Source: a virus. Taken from it: a stretch of 34,714 nt of DNA. Shown one piece after another: positions 14,701 through 22,487 of this stretch. How positions within the stretch are numbered: position 1 is the first letter of the stretch; every line of letters begins with the position of its first letter. Under the pieces are notes generated by a model. That model ran no database searches and was not told the origin of the DNA. It saw only the letters and a program-made list of their open reading frames with translations. Made by a program: the position numbers and the translations under genes. The stretch covers positions 78,281 through 112,994 of IMG/VR virus record IMGVR_UViG_3300001846_000239; one strand, given 5' to 3'.

Positions 14701-15537
14701 ATGAAAATATTAACATTTCCGGAATCACTGAGGGATAAGGTCACAAACGAAGGTTTTCCTTATGTGTCATTCACGATGGCTCGCCAAGGGGCTCCTGAAT
14801 TTCAACAGATCTGCCTATTCATACCTGCAGGTATGGGATCTGCCGATGGAATGAATTATAACCAATCAGAGCTAGGTATGTTCGGTATGGGTGCGGCCCA
14901 GTTGGCGCAAGGCAAGAATGTCAATATGGCAGATATCGCCTCTAATGTCATCAAAGAAGTAGGTAAACACGTCGCACCCGGTCTTACAACTGCGGCAACA
15001 CTCAAGTCTGGCCTTGTGGTCAATCCATATATGGCGACGACATTCGAGGGTGCCACAGTTCGCCAATTCGGATTCGAGTTCAAGCTTGTACCTACCTCAA
15101 AAGAAGAATCATTGACTGCCCATCAGATCGAGAATGCATTCCGCAAATACATGTATCCAAAAGAGAGGGGTGCCGGTTCGCTGGAATATCCACCCACGTT
15201 TCGTATCAAATTCATGGCCGGAACAGGAATCAACAAGTATATGCCAAGAATCATTGACTCATATCTGACTGCAATGACGGCGACATATAATGCGACCGGC
15301 AATTCGTTTCATTCTAATGATGGTAACCTGGGTGCTGCACCTGTAGAGATAGATATTAACCTGACATTCCAAGAAGTACGGGCGATCACACGTGATGATC
15401 TGTATAACGAATCCGGACTCACATACAAAGATGGATACGAGTCTGCCGGGCATGTGGTTGGAGCACCGGTCGATAATGAAGGGGATAACCCATTCCTTGG
15501 TATCGAGACAACAACCAATCCAGAGGGAGGACAATAA
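14701..15537 (+). CDS. gp48: Baseplate tail-tube cap
   Basis: Motifs NPYMATTFEG..VRQFGFEFKLVP.SKEE, YPPTFRI and INLTFQE; upstream of gp53. Confidence 0.8.
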   Translation: MKILTFPESLRDKVTNEGFPYVSFTMARQGAPEFQQICLFIPAGMGSADGMNYNQSELGMFGMGAAQLAQGKNVNMADIASNVIKEVGKHVAPGLTTAATLKSGLVVNPYMATTFEGATVRQFGFEFKLVPTSKEESLTAHQIENAFRKYMYPKERGAGSLEYPPTFRIKFMAGTGINKYMPRIIDSYLTAMTATYNATGNSFHSNDGNLGAAPVEIDINLTFQEVRAITRDDLYNESGLTYKDGYESAGHVVGAPVDNEGDNPFLGIETTTNPEGGQ

Positions 15538-15540
15538 ACC

Positions 15541-16362
15541 GTGAGCTATTTCAAACAATTCCCATCGGCGAACTATGACTTCGATCGCAATGGTATCATA
15601 CAAAAGGTGGTCGATATCTATCGTTCTGCCAGACCCCTGGATACCTACCTGGATGATCTCAATGCATATTCATTCTATCAGGTCAAGAACGGAGAGCGAC
15701 CTGATATCGTTTCGCAAAGACTGTATGGCACACCTGCATTCTATTGGACATTCTTCATCGTGAATGACTTCCTGCATGATGGACTCGCCGCCTGGCCTAT
15801 GTCCCAGGAAAAGCTGCATGACTATATGGCCCAGGAGTTCGAAGGAGTGGTGATCACGACCAATCCAAGTGTGGATGAGACCGGCGACCCGGGTGTCATA
15901 TCCTCATATCCGAATAGTCTGGCCGGAAGATTCGAGTTAGATGAACAAATCGTAGGCCTGACCTCATTTGCAGAGGGTACCCTGACAAAGAAAATCGTTG
16001 ATATGAACCAACTGGTGATCCAAAACGTCACTGGGTCATTCATTGGCAACTCCTCCCCAGGCCCCCTAAACAGTACAGAAAAGGTGACAGGCTCAAAAAC
16101 AGAAGATACAGTAGATACCTATGACGTATATCAGTATATAGACGCCCCACATTCATATTATCGCACAGACGATCCAGAAAAAAGAGTAGTCACGAACGGT
16201 GTATTCATAACTGGAGGAGAGCCAGCCGGACAACTATCATTCCGCACCAATAGAGAGTATCTATTCGATACAAATGAGGCAAGATCACAAATAAGAGTAG
16301 TAGATCCTAAGTATATCACACAATTTGCAGACAAATATGAGGCAATAATCAATAATGAGTAA
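15541..16362 (+). CDS. gp53: Baseplate wedge subunit (LysM-like), GTG start
   Basis: Motifs MSYFKQFP, GERPDIVSQRLYG...YWTFFIVN, WPMS and NEARSQIRV. Confidence 0.88.
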   Translation: MSYFKQFPSANYDFDRNGIIQKVVDIYRSARPLDTYLDDLNAYSFYQVKNGERPDIVSQRLYGTPAFYWTFFIVNDFLHDGLAAWPMSQEKLHDYMAQEFEGVVITTNPSVDETGDPGVISSYPNSLAGRFELDEQIVGLTSFAEGTLTKKIVDMNQLVIQNVTGSFIGNSSPGPLNSTEKVTGSKTEDTVDTYDVYQYIDAPHSYYRTDDPEKRVVTNGVFITGGEPAGQLSFRTNREYLFDTNEARSQIRVVDPKYITQFADKYEAIINNE

Positions 16363-17665
16363 GGTGAATAGTAAACTGGTCAATGGTTCTGACGCTATTG
16401 TACCATCATCATATGAGGTAGAGAGTATAATACTGACTGCCAGTAATGGAGATGAGTATGATATAAAGGCAGTCGTGGCGACAATTTCAGTCACTGAATC
16501 ACTGTATGCAGGATCCTTGCAGGCAGAGTTCGGTATACTAGATGCTGCAAATATGCTCGAAAAACTAAAAGTCGTGAGTGGAGAGGTACTGCACCTCAGA
16601 GTGACGCGAAGACTAACCGGCGAACAAAAAGACACTTACGATCACACATTCAGGATAGCAGAGGTCCACAGTTACAGTAAACTGAGCCCAGGCACACAGA
16701 CATATTACTTCAGGTGTGTATCAGAACATGCCATGGTGAGCCAAACCAAGACGATTTCGAAGCGGTTCAATGATGTACCTGGTGCGCTCATAGAACGCCT
16801 CTGTACTGACGAGCTCAATATAGACCCAGAAGAGCTTTCTATTAACACAGAGACGAAACAGACAGTCAAGGGTGTGTATCCACGCATGAGGCCAATGGTG
16901 TTGATTAATTGGTTAAAGAATAAGGCCTATGATAATGGATCACCGTTCTTCTTCTATGAGACATTGGGACAGGGTATTATATTTGATTCCTATGAGAATA
17001 TGATCAATAAGGACACATATAAAGAGTATATGCACAGTCCTATACACAATCACAATGTGGGTAGTAAAGAGAACATTACTCATTTAGCCTCGAAGGTGTT
17101 GACGTTGTCCTCAGAGATGAATATGAGCAAGTATATCAACACTGGTAATGGTGCCTACAGCTCTACTCTACACACTCTTGATACAAGTACTAAGTCATAT
17201 AATGTGAAAGCCTATGACTATAATCGCGATAATAAGTATACACTGAATAAGAATGGAGTGCTTCCTACTGGGGTAAAAGTCAATGATATTTCCCTGGGAG
17301 AACATAGCGGTTCGACTAACTTTTATGTGAGTTTAAACGCGCTGGCCCATAACGGTGGGTCTAACATCCATGCACCAAATGATAGTGATATACTCGCGGC
17401 AAATGCCTATATGGAGAATATGGATACCCTCTCTCTGACTGTAGAGATCTATGGTGATTTTAAGTTATGTGTGGGTACTCCTATTGATATATCAGTGGTC
17501 AAGTCTGTGGAGACCGATGAGGATAAACGTGGTAATGATAAGTTGCTCTCTGGTAGATATCTTGTTACATCCATTGAGCATATCTTTGGAGAAGAGTATA
17601 AGATGAAAATGTTGTGTAAGAAAGACTCATTCACAGAGTCATTAGATAATATAATAAAGGTATAA
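16355..17665 (+). CDS. Baseplate hub protein (gp27-like)
   Basis: Lies between gp53 and gp5. Motifs ISVTESLY, FFFYET, GDFKLCVG and LSGRYLVTSIEHIF. Confidence 0.65.
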   Translation: MSKVNSKLVNGSDAIVPSSYEVESIILTASNGDEYDIKAVVATISVTESLYAGSLQAEFGILDAANMLEKLKVVSGEVLHLRVTRRLTGEQKDTYDHTFRIAEVHSYSKLSPGTQTYYFRCVSEHAMVSQTKTISKRFNDVPGALIERLCTDELNIDPEELSINTETKQTVKGVYPRMRPMVLINWLKNKAYDNGSPFFFYETLGQGIIFDSYENMINKDTYKEYMHSPIHNHNVGSKENITHLASKVLTLSSEMNMSKYINTGNGAYSSTLHTLDTSTKSYNVKAYDYNRDNKYTLNKNGVLPTGVKVNDISLGEHSGSTNFYVSLNALAHNGGSNIHAPNDSDILAANAYMENMDTLSLTVEIYGDFKLCVGTPIDISVVKSVETDEDKRGNDKLLSGRYLVTSIEHIFGEEYKMKMLCKKDSFTESLDNIIKV

Positions 17666-17669
17666 GAAT

Positions 17670-18971
17670 ATGGATAGAATGGATCAATTTGTTGGTGGAC
17701 AGTTTGCCTGGTTTACGGGTGTAGTAGAGGATCGTTTTGATCCAGAAGAGATGAATCGTGTCAAGGTACGTTGCTTTGGTTATCATACAGAGAATATGGC
17801 ATTGGTTGATACTGATGATCTACCTTGGGCCACTGTATTGTTACCTACTACCTCTGCTGGTACCTCAGGTATAGGGGATACGCCTCATGGTCTGATGGAA
17901 GGATCATGGGTCGTCGGATTCTTTCGTGACGGGCCTTCTGCACAGGATCCAATCATTCTGGGCGCCATCGCATCCAAGAATGAGGAGACCCCACGGTCCA
18001 AGGCGCTGGGCTTCACCGGTGATCATTATCCTTCCCATGAATATGATGGTGAGTCTGATGTGAACTTTGGTGGCCGGGTTTCCAGATATACAGAGTCCGA
18101 TCAGATGGAGACACGTTCCCAGGGCGCTTCTCCTTCCGATATACAGGTGGCGGTGCCACCACAGATTCCTTCCGTGGCCGAGAATAAGGCGGATGCCTAT
18201 TATGCAGAGGCTCCCTGGCGCGAACTCCCCCCAATGAATGACCACGTCCCTGACTATCCATATAATAAGGTGACACAGTCTGAGGGTGGCCACGTATCCG
18301 AGATCGATGATACTCCGGGGAATGAAAGGTTGCTCAGAATGCATACCAGTGGGTCCTATGAAGAGATCTATACAGACGGGACAAGACAGATTAAAATCGT
18401 CGGATCCGACTATGAGGTGGTCTTCGGTAATAAGAATATCCATATTAAGGGTAACTGTAGTATGACGGTGGACGGAGATCTACGTCAGATGGTCTATGGT
18501 AACTATCATCTACAGGTCGAAAAGGATATGACAATGAATATCAAAGGTTCGCAACAGACCAAGATCGGGGGTAACCAAGAATGTGAGGTGGTCCGTAGCC
18601 GTTCTACCAATATAGGTGTAGACGATAACCTGACCGTGATCAATAATATGACAGAGAATGTCCTGAACGATAAGTTATCCAATATAGGGAATAACTCTAC
18701 GTATGCGATTACCAATGATATGTCCATGACGGTATTGAATGATTTATCGATACTGAATGCGGCAGAATATAGTCATACTAGTTTGGGTAACTTTGTGCTG
18801 AGTATAGACGCTAACCAGACAATCGGGGTCGTTGGCACCCTGGGTGAAACTGTGGATGGTAGTGTTACGGAAACATATAATAATAATCAGACGACAAATA
18901 TTACAGGTACATTAGATCTAGATGCTTCTACTGAAGTTGATATTGATGCCGGTACAATTAACTTAAATTAG
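17670..18971 (+). CDS. gp5: Baseplate central spike (OB-fold plus beta-helix; no lysozyme domain)
   Basis: N-terminal WFTGVVEDRFDP...RVKVRCFGYH...LPWA...GSWVVGFFRDG, then YPYNKV..SEGGH..EIDDTPG.ER and C-terminal beta-helix repeats. Confidence 0.92.
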   Translation: MDRMDQFVGGQFAWFTGVVEDRFDPEEMNRVKVRCFGYHTENMALVDTDDLPWATVLLPTTSAGTSGIGDTPHGLMEGSWVVGFFRDGPSAQDPIILGAIASKNEETPRSKALGFTGDHYPSHEYDGESDVNFGGRVSRYTESDQMETRSQGASPSDIQVAVPPQIPSVAENKADAYYAEAPWRELPPMNDHVPDYPYNKVTQSEGGHVSEIDDTPGNERLLRMHTSGSYEEIYTDGTRQIKIVGSDYEVVFGNKNIHIKGNCSMTVDGDLRQMVYGNYHLQVEKDMTMNIKGSQQTKIGGNQECEVVRSRSTNIGVDDNLTVINNMTENVLNDKLSNIGNNSTYAITNDMSMTVLNDLSILNAAEYSHTSLGNFVLSIDANQTIGVVGTLGETVDGSVTETYNNNQTTNITGTLDLDASTEVDIDAGTINLN

Positions 18972-18979
18972 AGGACATT

Positions 18980-19240
18980 ATGCCAGGTGTAACAAGAAAC
19001 GGTGATACAGCAGGGGGAACTATTTCGAGTAGTCAATCCACTGTCAAGGCCAACAGTAAAAATATTATTGTCAATGGAGACAGCGTGGCCGGTCATGGTA
19101 GTGGTCCACATGCTGCTCCGACAATGACGGCCGGGAGTAATAACGTTTTTATCGGTGGTACGGCTGTCGTGAATGCGGGTGATTCTGCTACTTGTGGACA
19201 TACGTCTAACGGTAGTAGTAATGTAAATGTAGGAGACTAA
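18980..19240 (+). CDS. gp5.4: PAAR-domain spike tip protein
   Basis: Motifs RNGDTAGG, GDSVAGHG...H, GSNNVFIGG and GDSATCGH...GSSNVNVG; directly after gp5. Confidence 0.88.
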   Translation: MPGVTRNGDTAGGTISSSQSTVKANSKNIIVNGDSVAGHGSGPHAAPTMTAGSNNVFIGGTAVVNAGDSATCGHTSNGSSNVNVGD

Positions 19241-19241
19241 T

Positions 19242-20150
19242 ATGAGTTGCGGTAGTAATACAGCATTAGATGCATTAAAGAATAAACAAAACGAATTGAA
19301 TGCCAAGTTGAAAGGGGGTAAGGATGCCCTTGGTGATATACAAGGTAAATTAAATGAGATCAAGGCGGAGCTAGATGCGTTTAAGCCGACACTACCACAA
19401 ACGCAGAGTCTACAGGATAAGATTAATGAATTATCCGGGACGACGAATCCAATTGATATTACCAGTAAGATTCAGGAAATGAAAGATAAGTTCGGCGCTG
19501 CGGTTCCTAACCTGGATCAGATCTTGGCCGACCTACAACTTGATCAGGAGAGTATGATAAAGAAACTGACCGGGGGTCTTCCCGCTACCAGTAAGTCTGA
19601 TATCTGTGCTCTTGTCCCGAATGTAGAGGCCAGTGAAGATGGTACAGTCAAAGAACAACCAACTGAACCAAAGGTTCCGGAAGAACCACCTGCCGCCCCT
19701 GAACCTACTCCGGTGATTGAAAAAGATTTAGAAGAATTAAACAGAACACTTTTACAACAGGCATATAGTAATAATTTAAAATATATTGCTCATCGTGCAA
19801 ATAGTATATTTGATGGATTTGGATCAAGGAAAAAGAATCAGAAGTTTTATGATTCTACCTGGGAAGAACAATGGATAGAACTTCATGAGGCTGCCGGTGC
19901 TGACTATAATACCTATAGAAAAAATAGTAGAACAAAAGAAGAATTAAGACTGGCCCAAAAGAAATTAAGTTCGAAATATCCAAAGGCAAAATGGGATTTC
20001 CAAAAGGAAGGACAAATATTAAAAGAAACTTATAATCTTGTAAAAGAGGCTAATCCACATTTATATGCGCAGGCTCAAGATTTTAATACGGCTGCAGCCG
20101 AATGGTTCGTAAGAAGAAAGGCTAAAATGGCTGAGAAAACAGCAACATAA
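19242..20150 (+). CDS. Hypothetical protein (coiled-coil N-terminus, Pro/Glu linker, basic helical C-terminus)
   Basis: 302-aa ORF with a TAGGAG RBS and a PTEPKVPEEPPAAPEPTP linker. Confidence 0.75.
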   Translation: MSCGSNTALDALKNKQNELNAKLKGGKDALGDIQGKLNEIKAELDAFKPTLPQTQSLQDKINELSGTTNPIDITSKIQEMKDKFGAAVPNLDQILADLQLDQESMIKKLTGGLPATSKSDICALVPNVEASEDGTVKEQPTEPKVPEEPPAAPEPTPVIEKDLEELNRTLLQQAYSNNLKYIAHRANSIFDGFGSRKKNQKFYDSTWEEQWIELHEAAGADYNTYRKNSRTKEELRLAQKKLSSKYPKAKWDFQKEGQILKETYNLVKEANPHLYAQAQDFNTAAAEWFVRRKAKMAEKTAT

Positions 20151-20154
20151 GAGG

Positions 20155-20162
20155 TATAAATA
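20155..20162 (+). promoter_or_regulatory. Late promoter (gene 25)
   Basis: TATAAATA 5 nt before the ATG at 20168. Confidence 0.75.
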
Positions 20163-20167
20163 GTATC

Positions 20168-20617
20168 ATGTCTACAGTAATTTTATCAGATAAATCAGTC
20201 ATTGGGGACCTTAAAAAGGCATCTAAGTCTTCTCGTAAGAAAGAATGGACAGACCTAGATCTTAATTTAACGTTACACCCAATACGAAAAGACATTGTCC
20301 CATTAAGAGATGATGCCGCAATTCGTTATGCGGTTAAAAATCTTCTCTTGACTAACTTTTATGAGAGACCATTTAATCTGGCAGTTGGCGCTAACTTAAG
20401 AGGCCTACTATTTGAACCAGCTGATAGTATTACAAAAGCAGCATTAAAGGAAAATATAGAAAGAACAATCGCGGAGCACGAGCAAAGAGTACAACTAGTT
20501 TTTATTGATGTTCAAGATGATCCGGATAATTACTCATATAGAATATTAGTAAAATTTAGAATCAAAGAATTCGATGCCACCGATCAGGTGGAAATCGTTT
20601 TAAAACGTTTAAGGTAA
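20168..20617 (+). CDS. gp25: Baseplate wedge subunit
   Basis: Motifs DLDLNL..HP, AVKNLLLTNFYERPF...GANLRGLLFEP and EHEQRV. Confidence 0.92.
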   Translation: MSTVILSDKSVIGDLKKASKSSRKKEWTDLDLNLTLHPIRKDIVPLRDDAAIRYAVKNLLLTNFYERPFNLAVGANLRGLLFEPADSITKAALKENIERTIAEHEQRVQLVFIDVQDDPDNYSYRILVKFRIKEFDATDQVEIVLKRLR

Positions 20618-20623
20618 AATAAT

Positions 20624-22486
20624 ATGGCAACTAATTTAAATGTAACAGAGCTTGATTTTGATCAAATCAAAAACAACCTAAAAAATTATCTGAAGACTCA
20701 GAGCGAATTTAGTTCATACGATTTCGAGGGTTCTGGTCTATCAGCGCTTTTAGATGTGTTGGCATATAATACACACTATAATGCAATGACTGCACACTTT
20801 GCGTTGAATGAAGCATTTTTAGATTCAGCTCAGATACGTGGTAATATTGTAACACGAGCAAAGTTGTTGGGTTATATTCCAAGGTCAGTCTTAGCACCTA
20901 GAGCGACAGTAACTATTACAGTTGATGCGTCAGCAGAATCCGGTATTTTACCAACTACATTGACTCTTCCTCGAGGTGCTAAGCTTACAACTGAAGTCGA
21001 TAGAAGAAACTTTAGATATGTAGTTCTAGAAGAACAATCAGCTACTCTTGATGGTAACCAACATTATGTTTTCGAAAATGTTGTTATTGCAGAAGGTACA
21101 AGAAAGAAACTTTTATACAGAGTCGATAATGATATTGAAAACCAGAAGTATCAAATATCAGATGATGATGCAGATACAACAACGCTTAGAGTACTAGTCC
21201 AGGCAAATGAAGCTTCATCATCTTATGATAACTATACTAAGTTTGAATCACTGATCAATGTGGATTCAGCAAGTAGAGTATATTATCTTCAAGAAAATTC
21301 GAATGAATATTTTGAAGTTTACTTTGGTGATGGGGTAACTGGTAAGAAACCACTAAATAATAATATCGTCACACTAGACTATGTATTTACTCATGGTCCA
21401 GAATCTAATGGTGCGAATGCATTTACCATGGTAGATAATATTGGCGGATATTCTAATGTAACGATTCAAACTATTCAGGCTGCGTCTGGTGGTACGGAAA
21501 AAGAAACAAACGAATCAATTCGATTTAATGCTCCACTTACTTTTACTTCACAGAATAGAGCGGTAACCTCTGATGATTATAGAGCAATTATCCAAAAAGA
21601 ATTTACTAATATTAATTCTATTTCTACTTGGGGTGGTGAAGATAATGATCCACCTGATTATGGGTCAATCTATATTTCTATTAAACCTCTTGTCGCAGAA
21701 ACATTGACCGAAGCAGAAAAGAACGAGATTAAGAATACTATTTTGAAAGGTAAGAGTGTAGTATCTATTACTCCATATATTGTAGATCCTAACTTTACAT
21801 ATTTAGAATTAGATGTTAACTTTAAATATAATCCGAACCTTACTGATAGAACGTCTGTTGAATTGCAGGCTGTTGTAAGAGATACTATTTCAGATTATAA
21901 CTTTAACGAACTAAATAAATTTGATGGTGTATTCAGACATTCTAGATTATTAAGAGCTATTGATAACGCGGATCCTGCTATTCAAAATAGTAATGTTCGT
22001 CCATATATGTTTATGAATATCACACCTAATACTTCAAGCGATAACAAAGATAATAACTTTAGACTGGAGTTTACTGCACCGTTCTTTAATTCGGGTTCTT
22101 CTACTAACTTTATTATCAGCTCTACTCCATTTTTAGTAAATGGCGAAACTGTATACTTTGGTGATATTCCAATTTCGGGATCAACTAATAGACAAGTTAT
22201 CGTATATAAAATATTAAACGGTGAGAATGTAACCGTAATTAATAATGCTGGAACTGTAGAAGTTGAAAAAGGTGTAATTACACTTAACAACTTTATTCCT
22301 GATGATGCGTCACCTGAACAAATTAGAATTACTGTTGTACCTAATTCACTTGACCTTGCTCCTAAGAGAGATCAGCTAATTGCTATTGATCCTCTACGTG
22401 TAGTAATTACTCCAAGTGTTGATACTATTTCAGTATCGGGGTCTTCTGGTACAATCGATTATTCAACGACCTCAAGGCTAAGATAA
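20624..22486 (+). CDS. gp6: Baseplate wedge subunit
   Basis: Motifs LDFDQIKNNLKNYL, DFEGSGLSALLDVLAYNTHY, NEAFLDSA, FGDGVTGK, QNRAVT..DY and WGGED. Confidence 0.96.
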   Translation: MATNLNVTELDFDQIKNNLKNYLKTQSEFSSYDFEGSGLSALLDVLAYNTHYNAMTAHFALNEAFLDSAQIRGNIVTRAKLLGYIPRSVLAPRATVTITVDASAESGILPTTLTLPRGAKLTTEVDRRNFRYVVLEEQSATLDGNQHYVFENVVIAEGTRKKLLYRVDNDIENQKYQISDDDADTTTLRVLVQANEASSSYDNYTKFESLINVDSASRVYYLQENSNEYFEVYFGDGVTGKKPLNNNIVTLDYVFTHGPESNGANAFTMVDNIGGYSNVTIQTIQAASGGTEKETNESIRFNAPLTFTSQNRAVTSDDYRAIIQKEFTNINSISTWGGEDNDPPDYGSIYISIKPLVAETLTEAEKNEIKNTILKGKSVVSITPYIVDPNFTYLELDVNFKYNPNLTDRTSVELQAVVRDTISDYNFNELNKFDGVFRHSRLLRAIDNADPAIQNSNVRPYMFMNITPNTSSDNKDNNFRLEFTAPFFNSGSSTNFIISSTPFLVNGETVYFGDIPISGSTNRQVIVYKILNGENVTVINNAGTVEVEKGVITLNNFIPDDASPEQIRITVVPNSLDLAPKRDQLIAIDPLRVVITPSVDTISVSGSSGTIDYSTTSRLR

Positions 22487-22487
22487 T

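Noticed and set aside
17904-18443. 179-aa antisense ORF inside gp5, a possible analogue of T4 repEA/repEB
   Set aside because: No recognisable RBS, promoter or motif. The locally higher GC and codon bias make long shadow ORFs likely.
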